Shown piece after piece: positions 1-8,263 of a stretch of 35,565 nucleotides of DNA. The number at the start of each line of letters is the position of its first letter. Within the stretch, counting starts at the first letter, position 1. The notes under the pieces were generated by a model, which searched no databases, had not been told where the DNA came from, and worked only from the letters and a program-made list of their open reading frames with translations. A program made the position numbers and the translations under genes. Source of the stretch: a virus (taxonomy: Duplodnaviria > Caudoviricetes); the IMG/VR virus record IMGVR_UViG_3300032227_000133, positions 1 through 35,565 of that record. One strand, 5' to 3'.

Positions 1-1
1 T

Positions 2-289
2 ATTGACTGGGAACAATACTACGGTGGAAAAAGAACTTCTTACAATACCTATGCTAATGAACATCTAAACGGCGGAACACCATTTAGATATAATTTTGCT
101 GGTATTGGATACAAGTTTGAACCTAATGTTGGAACACATGGAGCATTTATTCCTCCACATATTTTTCCATCTTGGACACTAAACACAACTAAATATATTT
201 ACGAAGCACCAACACCATATCCAACTGACGGCAAGCCATACTACTGGTCAGAGCCAAGTCAGCAATGGATTGAATTACCTACAGAATAA
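2..289 (+). CDS. 5'-truncated tail-region protein (tail fibre-associated family)
   Basis: Frame 2 reads IDWEQYYGGKRTSYNT...FRYNFAGIGY...AFIPP..FPSWTLN...EAPTPYPTDGKPYYW.E...W, TAA 287-289. This motif pattern is common beside tail-fibre genes of aquatic phages. Not in the ORF track. Confidence 0.75.
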   Translation: MDWEQYYGGKRTSYNTYANEHLNGGTPFRYNFAGIGYKFEPNVGTHGAFIPPHIFPSWTLNTTKYIYEAPTPYPTDGKPYYWSEPSQQWIELPTE

Positions 290-294
290 TCTGT

Positions 295-322
295 ACCCCT
301 GAGCATGGGTTTAAACTGCTCA
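295..322 (+). promoter_or_regulatory. Predicted compact H-type RNA pseudoknot
   Basis: ACCC(295-298)/GGGT(307-310) interleaved with TGAGCA(300-305)/TGCTCA(317-322). Confidence 0.5.
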
Positions 323-330
323 CTAAAATT

Positions 331-420
331 ATGTGTAAACAATGTGAAGACTGTAGTAAAGAACATCAATATGATGGGCTTGCTGGTGTAGATTTTATAG
401 AATCAAATGAGTTTATCTAA
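331..420 (+). CDS. Small Cys-rich peptide, 29 aa
   Basis: MCKQCEDCSKEHQYDGLAGVDFIESNEFI*; fills the gap and its stop abuts the next RBS (TAAGGAG). Confidence 0.45.
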   Translation: MCKQCEDCSKEHQYDGLAGVDFIESNEFI

Positions 421-429
421 GGAGATATA

Positions 430-2658
430 GTGGCAAGAGACATAACCGAAGGTCGTGCAACGCGAGCCATTGCTGTTGACTTAGGAATTGCTACAACTAA
501 TACGTGGCAAAACACAGGCGACTCATACGATTGTGCTATTGCTGGTATTCCTTTTCTTACTGCTATATCTGATGAGCGTCCTTATCAAAGGGCTACATCA
601 CCGTTTCGTAAACAACAGTTTGATTCACAGCGAGACCCTGGAGAGCAGTCGCTTTCTACGTGGTGGCTACGCAGTCAATCCTCTTTCCATGCTGGAGAGG
701 GGATTTTGTTTTATGACCCGCTTGCTAACCCATACTCAACTACAATTGCATCTAACTCATACCGTATTAAAGAGTCATATGGTGTAGACATTTGGACACA
801 GGGACAAGTAACGCTGTTGCATGACACTACACAAGGACACATTACTACACACGAAATTAATACTAATGGTCGTGTAGGACAACACTTACGTTCTATTGTA
901 TATAACGGAACCAATGGTGTGTTACTACATGATGGCTATGACATTGACCGTGTTAGCGTAAGCGGCACAGTAGAACATTGGGTAAACCAGGCTGCTGGAC
1001 AAGATAAAGTTTATTCACTTTGTGATGATGGCAAGTTTGCATACTGGATTACAAATGACTCTAGTACAAATAAATTAGAAATTAATAAAAAATTGCTTAG
1101 CGCTTCTAGTGCTGCTACCTCTACTGTTATTGCTACATCTGCTACTACTGTTACCAACGCAGTAATTGATTATGTTAAACAACGTCTTGTATTTGCTTAT
1201 AATAATATTATTTATGAAATGCCTACTAGTGCAAATAATTTTAATGATAGCACTCGCGTATACACACATCCATCTACTAGTTTTGTGTTTAGTAGTATTA
1301 CTGAATCTGGTACAGCAATTTATATTGCTGGATATGAAGGCATTAAGTCTTCTATTTTTAGGTTTTCATTAGATACTAACGGCACTATGCCTGTTCTTAC
1401 ATCTGCTATTACAGCAGCCGAACTACCTGTTGGCGAAGTTGTTAATAAGATATACGAATATCTTGGATACATGATGATTGGTACTAATAAAGGCGTCCGT
1501 GTGGCTGAAATTAAAGCAGACGGTTCGTTAACTTATGGTCCACTTATTGTAGAACTAGAGCATGGTTGCTATGATTTTGCAGCACGTGACCGTTTTGTAT
1601 GGTGCGCTACTGGTGTAAGCACTATTGAACCTGGTCTTATTCGCATTGATTTAAGTAATGAAATTGAACCATTACGTTTTGCTTATGCAAATGATTTGTT
1701 TTATGACACACAAAAACACAATATAACTACAGCCGTAGCCTTTTTTGGTAACACTCCACAACTTGCGTTTTGCACAGCATCAGAAATTGCTGGTGGAACT
1801 GTAGTTAACAAAGCATTAAGTGGTGGAGTTGTATCTCTTACAACTGCAACTGCTCACGGTTTAGCACAAGGCGATACCATATGGGTAGAAGGCGTTGATG
1901 CTGCTATTAATTCTGGCAATACATCTGGCTATGTTATTTCTACTGTGCCTAGTACTACCTCTATGACGTTTACTACTGCCTCTACTGCTACTGTTACATC
2001 TCAGGCTGTTACTTCATCTACTGCGCTTGTTAAGCACACTGGTAATATGTACTTAGAACATGCTACTCAAATGCGTTCAGATGGCTATGTGCAAACAGGT
2101 CTTATCCGCTATAACACATTAGAACCTAAGAATTTTAAACGTGTTGTTGGTCAAGGCTCATTTACATTTGGTTCTATGTCTATTCAAACTATAGATATAA
2201 ACAATAATATTTATGACAGTGTTTCTTATGATGCGGTTATTGGTAATCCAGAAGTTGTTATTTCACAGCCAGCAGGAGCGCAAGACGCTATGGGTTTGCG
2301 CTTTAGATTGTATAGAGATGCAACCGATAACACTAAAGGTCCTACATTTAAAGGTTATCAACTTAAAGCAGTACCTGCTACGCCACGTACTCGCATCATT
2401 AGTGTTCCATTGTTTAACTACGATACCGAAACGGATAAATATAACTCTACATTGGGATATGAAGGACGTGCAATTGAACGCCTAGCAGCGTTAGAAAACG
2501 CTGAGTCAGGTGGAGATGTTGTTACATTTCAAGACTTCCGCACTGGCGAAATCCGTCAGTGTCTTATTGAAGAAGTTAAGTTTACTGATACAACACCACC
2601 AGATAAAAGATTTACTGGTTATGGTGGAATCATTATGCTTACTATTAGAACGGTATAA
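430..2658 (+). CDS. Tail structural protein, 742 aa (probable beta-propeller nozzle/tail tubular B-like)
   Basis: AGGAG RBS before GTG; beta-rich; last structural gene before lysis; contains a TTATAHGL..GD.I.V.GV beta insert typical of tail proteins. Confidence 0.65.
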   Translation: MARDITEGRATRAIAVDLGIATTNTWQNTGDSYDCAIAGIPFLTAISDERPYQRATSPFRKQQFDSQRDPGEQSLSTWWLRSQSSFHAGEGILFYDPLANPYSTTIASNSYRIKESYGVDIWTQGQVTLLHDTTQGHITTHEINTNGRVGQHLRSIVYNGTNGVLLHDGYDIDRVSVSGTVEHWVNQAAGQDKVYSLCDDGKFAYWITNDSSTNKLEINKKLLSASSAATSTVIATSATTVTNAVIDYVKQRLVFAYNNIIYEMPTSANNFNDSTRVYTHPSTSFVFSSITESGTAIYIAGYEGIKSSIFRFSLDTNGTMPVLTSAITAAELPVGEVVNKIYEYLGYMMIGTNKGVRVAEIKADGSLTYGPLIVELEHGCYDFAARDRFVWCATGVSTIEPGLIRIDLSNEIEPLRFAYANDLFYDTQKHNITTAVAFFGNTPQLAFCTASEIAGGTVVNKALSGGVVSLTTATAHGLAQGDTIWVEGVDAAINSGNTSGYVISTVPSTTSMTFTTASTATVTSQAVTSSTALVKHTGNMYLEHATQMRSDGYVQTGLIRYNTLEPKNFKRVVGQGSFTFGSMSIQTIDINNNIYDSVSYDAVIGNPEVVISQPAGAQDAMGLRFRLYRDATDNTKGPTFKGYQLKAVPATPRTRIISVPLFNYDTETDKYNSTLGYEGRAIERLAALENAESGGDVVTFQDFRTGEIRQCLIEEVKFTDTTPPDKRFTGYGGIIMLTIRTV

Positions 2659-2664
2659 CGTGCA

Positions 2665-2889
2665 ATGTCATTTGATTTAAACAATGCTTCTATGTTGGCT
2701 ACTGCTATAAGTGGTTATTTATTTGTAATCATTACAGCAGGTGCTTGGTTTCGTTGGTGGTTTAAACACCACATTAAAGAAACATTAGCCGAACTTAAAC
2801 CAAATTCTGGCAGCAGTGTAAAAGACCAAGTGACTAGATTAGAAAAAAGAGTTGACGATATATATAAAATTCTTTGCGAAAGGAACTAA
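2665..2889 (+). CDS. Small membrane protein, holin-like
   Basis: One TM helix then ELKPNSGSSVKDQVTRLE coiled coil, a pattern seen in actinophage lysis-region proteins. Confidence 0.6.
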   Translation: MSFDLNNASMLATAISGYLFVIITAGAWFRWWFKHHIKETLAELKPNSGSSVKDQVTRLEKRVDDIYKILCERN

Positions 2890-2890
2890 T

Positions 2891-2992
2891 GTGGGCTTTA
2901 CACCTATAGTACCTGACCCAGGTTGGGGATTACCAACACCTAATATAGACCCTAGTGAGTGGGAAGATGACGAGGATGTGGATTGGGAATGA
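2891..2992 (+). CDS. Small Pro/acidic peptide, 33 aa
   Basis: GTG start after AAGGA; MGFTPIVPDPGWGLPTPNIDPSEWEDDEDVDWE*; TGA overlaps the endolysin ATG (ATGA 2989-2992). Confidence 0.5.
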   Translation: MGFTPIVPDPGWGLPTPNIDPSEWEDDEDVDWE

Positions 2993-3450
2993 AATTAGTA
3001 AAGACAGCGACACCTGCTGCCATATCCGTGCTACGACAGGCAACAGCACTGAAGCCCAAGCGCAAGAAAGCCTCGGATGGATTGCTTCCTTCGGCTGCAC
3101 ATATTAAACAAAGCCCTGACTCTGACCACAATACAGGTTATGCAGTTGATTTAACGCATGACCCTGAGAATGGAATTGACTGTGTTGAAATTTTTGAAAA
3201 GTTTAAAGACGATAAGCGTGTTAAGTATCTTATCTTTCAAGGCAAGATATGGTCTAAAGAAAAGGCTAAAGAAGGAAACCGAAAATACACTGGGAGTAAC
3301 GCTCACAATAAGCATCTACATATTTCTATTAATGATGCTTGCGGTAACGATACTTCTCCCTGGTTTTTATGGTTAGGCACACCAAACACACTGAATAAAG
3401 TAAAGGCTAACTTACCTAAGCCTTTACCTAAAAAGAAGGAGAACAAATGA
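2989..3450 (+). CDS. Endolysin, zinc peptidase (M15-like)
   Basis: SDHNTGYAVD (H-x6-D) and HNKHLHIS zinc ligands; flanked by membrane proteins; start moved to the ATG in the ATGA overlap. Confidence 0.75.
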   Translation: MKLVKTATPAAISVLRQATALKPKRKKASDGLLPSAAHIKQSPDSDHNTGYAVDLTHDPENGIDCVEIFEKFKDDKRVKYLIFQGKIWSKEKAKEGNRKYTGSNAHNKHLHISINDACGNDTSPWFLWLGTPNTLNKVKANLPKPLPKKKENK

Positions 3451-3641
3451 ACAAGGATAAAGTACTTGCAGTTGTAGTTACATATGCACGTGCAGCAGTA
3501 CCTTCAGTACTTGCTATGTATGCTGGTGGTATTACAGACCCTAAAGTATTGGCTTATGCTTTTGTATCAGCCTTTATTGCCCCACTCTGGAAGGCTCTTG
3601 ACCCTAAGGCTACAGAGTTTGGAAAGAACTCAAAGAAGTAA
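3447..3641 (+). CDS. Holin
   Basis: 64 aa, two hydrophobic segments, basic C-terminus, AGGAG RBS, directly after the endolysin. Confidence 0.7.
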   Translation: MNKDKVLAVVVTYARAAVPSVLAMYAGGITDPKVLAYAFVSAFIAPLWKALDPKATEFGKNSKK

Positions 3642-3654
3642 CACTTAAACTTAA

Positions 3655-3703
3655 GAAGCCCCCGCTCTGGTACTTTAACCTACCAGGCGGGGGTCTTTTT
3701 TTA
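3655..3703 (+). terminator. Rho-independent terminator at the convergence of the two arms
   Basis: GCCCCCGC-TCTGGTA...TACCAG-GCGGGGGT stem followed by a T7 run. Confidence 0.85.
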
Positions 3704-3856
3704 TTCTTTTTCTTCTTCTAATTCATCTAAAATAAATTGATATTGATTAGGTCGCTTCTTACGAAAACGATAACGCAATTCAAAATATCCTTGTTGCAAA
3801 ATGTCTCTTACTGTTATACCAATAAATACTGCTATTGCTGTATCTAGTATTGTCAT
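3701..3856 (-). CDS. Small membrane-anchored hypothetical, 51 aa
   Basis: GGAG RBS; MTILDTAIAVFIGITVRDILQQGYFELRYRFRKK...EEEKE*. Not in the ORF track. Confidence 0.6.
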   Translation of the reverse strand: MTILDTAIAVFIGITVRDILQQGYFELRYRFRKKRPNQYQFILDELEEEKE

Positions 3857-3863
3857 GTGTCTC

Positions 3864-4124
3864 CTAATTGTAATCTAAGTGTAATTGACGTGGAACTATA
3901 TTAAGTTGTTTGCGTAATTTCTTGCGATGAAACTCTGTAGTGTTGCCCCAATATCCTAGCACGTCATGTTTAAGTGCATAGTCTAAACACTGGTCCACTA
4001 CTTTGCAGTTGCCGCATATTCTTTTTAATAAAGTAATACTTGGATAAGTACTTGAACCTGGTTCTGTAAAGAAAGCCTCTGAGTCTGTGTCTGCACAGTT
4101 AGCCTCTTCTCTAAATGTGTACAT
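3864..4124 (-). CDS. whiB: WhiB family Fe-S transcription regulator
   Basis: C..D..AFF, C-x2-C-x5-C, YAL, G(Y)WG turn and basic C-terminal helix. Confidence 0.92.
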   Translation of the reverse strand: MYTFREEANCADTDSEAFFTEPGSSTYPSITLLKRICGNCKVVDQCLDYALKHDVLGYWGNTTEFHRKKLRKQLNIVPRQLHLDYN

Positions 4125-4285
4125 TATCCCCCTGTTGAATAGAATCCACTGCCGTTAAACTTAACGGCTACAGCAGACCATACACGGGTCATGGTCTCAC
4201 TGCAAACCTCACACATTGGAGGTATGTTTTCAGTTGTTTCTACAACGGTGGTACATAGGTTACATTTAAAATCGTATCTAGGCAT
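4124..4285 (-). CDS. FmdB-family zinc ribbon protein
   Basis: MPRYDFKCNLC...CEVC...MTRVWSAVAVKFNGSGFYSTGG*; TAATG overlaps on both sides. Not in the ORF track. Confidence 0.85.
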   Translation of the reverse strand: MPRYDFKCNLCTTVVETTENIPPMCEVCSETMTRVWSAVAVKFNGSGFYSTGG

Positions 4286-4467
4286 TACTCACAATCCATC
4301 CAATCCATAGGCGTAGGTGCGGTTGTAATTGTTCCGCATTCTTTACATTTTTGAGCAAGGTCGTACCAACTTATTTCTCTTGATTCCATATCCCACATAA
4401 CAGTTATCTCAAACATAAGACAACCACATATGCAAGCAAAGGCTGGCTCTCCTCTAAGGTCGTTCAC
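4285..4467 (-). CDS. Small zinc-binding protein
   Basis: CICGC and CKECG motifs; tight packing with neighbours. Confidence 0.7.
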   Translation of the reverse strand: MNDLRGEPAFACICGCLMFEITVMWDMESREISWYDLAQKCKECGTITTAPTPMDWMDCE

Positions 4468-5197
4468 TGTTTTCCCAGAAGAACTTATAATAATTTACAT
4501 CAAGAGAAAAACGTTTCATGTGTTGAACAGTTGCTCCTGTATGAGAATAAAGTGGAACTCCTGCTTTACCCATAAGGCGGAAGAAGTTAATATCTTCTGA
4601 TACAAACTGCTCACCAACTCCTGTTTCATTAAAGTATGGAATAGAACCATGTACTTCTCGCATCTTTTTAACTGCGTTACGGTGCATAAGAACAAAGCCA
4701 AACCCTGCTGAACCTACCTTAAGCACAATGTCTTTAGGTAATGGATGGATGTATGAAATTTTATAATCATCACCTTCAACCCAATTAAATATAGCAGCAT
4801 ATGGAGCCATTAAAGCGCGTTCGTTTTCTTTGGAAATGAAGTAAGTACCAGTTACAACTGGTCTTTCGGTAGCATGAGCAGCAGACCACACCTTATGTAG
4901 TGCTTCATTGGTAAGAACAATGTCGCTATCTACCCAGAGTATCCAGTCAAAGTCTGTCTGGTCATACCAAAACTCCAGCGCATTCTGGCGCTGTCGTCCG
5001 ATTTGATTTCCCTGTACTCGCATGGCTGAAGCAATAGGCAGACCTGAAGAGAGGATACTGTAAACCAAACCTTCGGTAAACTTTCCATCAGTAAGTCCAT
5101 TATCGCACCAACATACAATGATTTTATCATTTGGCTTGGGCGCTACTTGTACTCTGTTCGGTATGTTCGGTTGTTTCTTCTTTGATGTCTTCGTCAT
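4454..5197 (-). CDS. GT-A fold glycosyltransferase (GT2-like)
   Basis: RQRQN..., DWILWVDSD (DxD), GFGFVLMHR, SEDINFF, H(T)GA.V.H motifs; start uncertain. Confidence 0.85.
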   Translation of the reverse strand: MTKTSKKKQPNIPNRVQVAPKPNDKIIVCWCDNGLTDGKFTEGLVYSILSSGLPIASAMRVQGNQIGRQRQNALEFWYDQTDFDWILWVDSDIVLTNEALHKVWSAAHATERPVVTGTYFISKENERALMAPYAAIFNWVEGDDYKISYIHPLPKDIVLKVGSAGFGFVLMHRNAVKKMREVHGSIPYFNETGVGEQFVSEDINFFRLMGKAGVPLYSHTGATVQHMKRFSLDVNYYKFFWENSERP

Positions 5198-5795
5198 TGT
5201 ATGGTCTCCATCCACCTAAATGTTTTACTAGTGAGTTAAGAGCACGCTGTACTTTCATGCGTGCACCATCTGCTGTGCTGTCCATCTCCTTAGCCAGTGT
5301 TGCCCAGTCAGGTTGTTCCATACTAAAGCGTAAGCGTAAGATGTTTTGTTTGGCTTCAGATAATTTGTAGTATGCAGTTGCAATATCTGAACGCAGTATT
5401 AACCAGTTCATGCCATCACTAACTTCGTTAGCCTTTACGGAATTACCTAAGTCTTTAATCTTAGATGGCATTTCATATGATTCTGCAATGATTGTAGGAA
5501 GAAAAGCCTCTACTACTGATACGTCATAGTAATACAATTCGGACATATCGTACCCAACTTTTTTGGCTTTTTCTTTTTCGCAGAACTTAAGGGCTGCATT
5601 ACGCAGAGACTTTGCTATCAACTTGTCTCTGTCTTTTTGTTCTAATGCTGACCACTCTTTGTACTTACGCGGATGCCCTACGAACCACACCCACAACTCC
5701 TGCCCTATGTCATCACGTTCCACCATTGTGTAACGCCTTGCATATTCTGCGGCAAGTGTCTGTACTAAATCGTTGTACTCTTCAATGTAATTCAT
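5127..5795 (-). CDS. Sigma-70/ECF-like factor or sigma-type HTH regulator
   Basis: Region 2-like ERDDIGQELWVWF and region 4-like LSEAKQNILRLRF...WATLAKEM...ARMKVQRAL. Confidence 0.75.
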   Translation of the reverse strand: MNYIEEYNDLVQTLAAEYARRYTMVERDDIGQELWVWFVGHPRKYKEWSALEQKDRDKLIAKSLRNAALKFCEKEKAKKVGYDMSELYYYDVSVVEAFLPTIIAESYEMPSKIKDLGNSVKANEVSDGMNWLILRSDIATAYYKLSEAKQNILRLRFSMEQPDWATLAKEMDSTADGARMKVQRALNSLVKHLGGWRPYNDEDIKEETTEHTEQSTSSAQAK

Positions 5796-6532
5796 TAGGG
5801 AATAATTACCTCACCATTAACAATGGGTACTGCAAATGGTGTGACTTTACGATTGTGTTCTACTAAGATACCAATGCCGTGTTGCCAGTTAGCACTGCCT
5901 GATGTAAGGTAACTAGCCTGCTTGATGTCCATCATATGCCCGACTTCTAATCCGTATAACGTATTAGTTTTGCCATAAAAGCCAGTGGTTTCATGTTGCA
6001 AACCCACACGGTGCGTGTGTCCACACACTACAGACTTACCTAAACGTTTGGCTAAGTTTAAAGCGGTAGCCCCTGGTGCACGATTGAGTGCGCCTTCATC
6101 TCCGTGTGCCATTACCCAACCAGGTAATAGTTCATGCATCTTATGTAAGTAATTAATCTTTAACTTGCCATAGCCTAATAGTTCTTCAACTTCTAAAGAC
6201 TTGAGTGACATAAATGCTGGCGCATACTTACGCATGTATGTATCAATGCGGTCAGTATGATTACTTCGTTGAATGTAAAATGGCTTGTTACCTAGAGCCT
6301 TACGGTAACGAGCCATTATGTCGTGCGTTAAATCAATGCTATCTTGTAACGTTTCTGCATATTCTCCTGCCATGCCTTTGTTCCAACGACTAGGTTCGGG
6401 TGCATCTAGTTCGTCTCCTACACACCAGAGTTCGTCTGGTTTATAGTCTTGGATAAAATCTAGTGTGGCGTCTACAATCTTATCCGCTTGATACGGTATT
6501 TGTAAATCGCTTAATACGACTACTCGTTTCAC
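5795..6532 (-). CDS. Calcineurin-like metallophosphoesterase
   Basis: SDLQ, GDELD, SNH, HGD, GHTH motifs. Confidence 0.9.
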   Translation of the reverse strand: MKRVVVLSDLQIPYQADKIVDATLDFIQDYKPDELWCVGDELDAPEPSRWNKGMAGEYAETLQDSIDLTHDIMARYRKALGNKPFYIQRSNHTDRIDTYMRKYAPAFMSLKSLEVEELLGYGKLKINYLHKMHELLPGWVMAHGDEGALNRAPGATALNLAKRLGKSVVCGHTHRVGLQHETTGFYGKTNTLYGLEVGHMMDIKQASYLTSGSANWQHGIGILVEHNRKVTPFAVPIVNGEVIIP

Positions 6533-6534
6533 AT

Positions 6535-6825
6535 CTATTCTCCATTGCTAGGGATTCCCTCCCACTGCCCACGCTGGACAAGCAATCCAATTATGGCATA
6601 GTTTGCAAGGTCAATCAGTGTATCTTCAACACTTTCGTAGTTCGGCGTGTCGTTATCTCCCAGGTGGGATAGTCGTGCCAACTTGTCATACATACGTACA
6701 CGCAGCCCGTTCATAGCGCCACCTGGCGCACCTGCTATATTCATTGGACCGTAATCCTCATGCTTTTTATAAAGAATAGTAAGCAATTCTAATGTAATTG
6801 CTTTAGCATCTTCAAGGTTTTTCAT
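6535..6825 (-). CDS. DUF1599 / nucleotide-modification-associated domain 1 protein
   Basis: KKHEDYG...RMYDKLARL...ESVEDTLIDLANYAII. Confidence 0.8.
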   Translation of the reverse strand: MKNLEDAKAITLELLTILYKKHEDYGPMNIAGAPGGAMNGLRVRMYDKLARLSHLGDNDTPNYESVEDTLIDLANYAIIGLLVQRGQWEGIPSNGE

Positions 6826-7132
6826 TTAATATCTCCTTAAGGTCTTGGTCAAATGACTGCATTGATTCACGTACTGCAAACTCTTCCCATACTTCATCTG
6901 CTTTGCCCATACTAGAGGCTACAAAGATAGCCCCTAACATAATCAAACATTCTTTTGATTCTGCTGGGTCTGTATCTATGGTGTGGTATATATCTTCAAG
7001 CGCACCTACAATGTTTAATAACTTTTTGTCTGATACTGGTATGCCAATACTGTACTCACTTGTTCTGGCAAAGTCCCAGAACTTACTGTCCAGGGGTAAC
7101 ACATTCTTTGATTCGTCCGTCAAGCCAATCAC
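6812..7132 (-). CDS. Hypothetical protein
   Basis: 106 aa ORF overlapping both neighbours within the operon. Confidence 0.65.
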   Translation of the reverse strand: MIGLTDESKNVLPLDSKFWDFARTSEYSIGIPVSDKKLLNIVGALEDIYHTIDTDPAESKECLIMLGAIFVASSMGKADEVWEEFAVRESMQSFDQDLKEILNEKP

Positions 7133-7721
7133 TTCCCATCTTTATCATCATGCTGTTTACGTCTTCGCCATCTGGCATAGAGATAATGTTTACATTACCT
7201 AATTCTCTACTAATCTTCTTGCCAAATTCTAGTCCTGCTGAGTCACCATCTGCAAGAACAATGACTACATCAAAGTCATCTAGTATTTTGGCATAGTGGG
7301 GTTTCCAGTTATTAGCCCCAGGAATACCAATGGTTGGGTGTATGGTTTTAACTGACATCATAATACAATCAAACTCACCTTCAGTGACGCAGATGTATTT
7401 GTCTGCGGCAAAGCAAGCCTGTGTATTAAACATAGTAGTTTTAGCACCAACTAATCCCATGTACTTGGCATCATGTGTGCCAGTTAAATCACGAAATCTA
7501 ATATCAACTACGCCTGATGGCGTAATGTAAGGAATAGCAAGGCGTCCTTTGTACGCCTCATGCCCTGGAAGAGGGTCTTCTACCACTCCCAAGTGAAATA
7601 CTTTTGCCTCTTCTACCGAGAGTTGACGGCTTAACAGATAATCTTGTGCGAGTTCTATCTTGCTGGCGTACCTCTGAGTTGCCTGAAGTAAGAACTGACG
7701 CTGCGAACTGGACAGCCTCAC
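7083..7721 (-). CDS. DNA primase, catalytic/TOPRIM subunit
   Basis: GRLAIPY, ICVTEGEFD, LADGDSAG, DVN motifs. Confidence 0.9.
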   Translation of the reverse strand: MRLSSSQRQFLLQATQRYASKIELAQDYLLSRQLSVEEAKVFHLGVVEDPLPGHEAYKGRLAIPYITPSGVVDIRFRDLTGTHDAKYMGLVGAKTTMFNTQACFAADKYICVTEGEFDCIMMSVKTIHPTIGIPGANNWKPHYAKILDDFDVVIVLADGDSAGLEFGKKISRELGNVNIISMPDGEDVNSMMIKMGSDWLDGRIKECVTPGQ

Positions 7722-7935
7722 GATAATTTAACCTCTCTCTATCCATAATAAGGGAATACGTGTCGCCCTTAGTACCACAACCGTGGCAAACAAAAGCGTT
7801 CTTGTCATAGTTAACTGCTGCTGATGCATGACTGTCATCATGGAACGGGCACTTCATCTTGCGCCAACCACTGCCCATAGCAGGCACGGTGGCGCCTATA
7901 TAATTGAGATACTCCTCAATGCTTGGCTTCTCCAA
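7558..7935 (-). CDS. DNA primase, CHC2 zinc-finger subunit
   Basis: CPFHDDSHASA...FVCHGCGTKGD. Confidence 0.9.
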   Translation of the reverse strand: MEKPSIEEYLNYIGATVPAMGSGWRKMKCPFHDDSHASAAVNYDKNAFVCHGCGTKGDTYSLIMDRERLNYREAVQFAASVLTSGNSEVRQQDRTRTRLSVKPSTLGRRGKSISLGSGRRPSSRA

Positions 7936-8263
7936 GTGCTCTCCTTAGTAAGTCTACCCATACATGTGCAGGCATGGTGCAATACCAATCGCCAGGACTT
8001 CCCCTACCCTTGCGTTTGTGCCACACCACGCCTGTCCATGCTTTGTCGTTAGCCATCTCGACTATCAACTCTTCTGTCCACCCCGCTAAGTCCATCTTAG
8101 CGTGGTTCTTTATCTCTATAGTAACTCCAGGTATACCTGATACGTCACCTTTATCTAATGTAGCACCAGCCAATCGCCTATCTACATAAGGGAACCATTC
8201 TTTTAAATACTTAACTACATCACGTTCGGCTCCCGAACCTTTGGCTTTGGCTGCGCTGCTCAC
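7916..8263 (-). CDS. Holliday junction resolvase (Hjc-like PD-(D/E)XK)
   Basis: KAKGSGAERDV, DKGDV, IEIKN. Confidence 0.8.
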   Translation of the reverse strand: MSSAAKAKGSGAERDVVKYLKEWFPYVDRRLAGATLDKGDVSGIPGVTIEIKNHAKMDLAGWTEELIVEMANDKAWTGVVWHKRKGRGSPGDWYCTMPAHVWVDLLRRALGEAKH

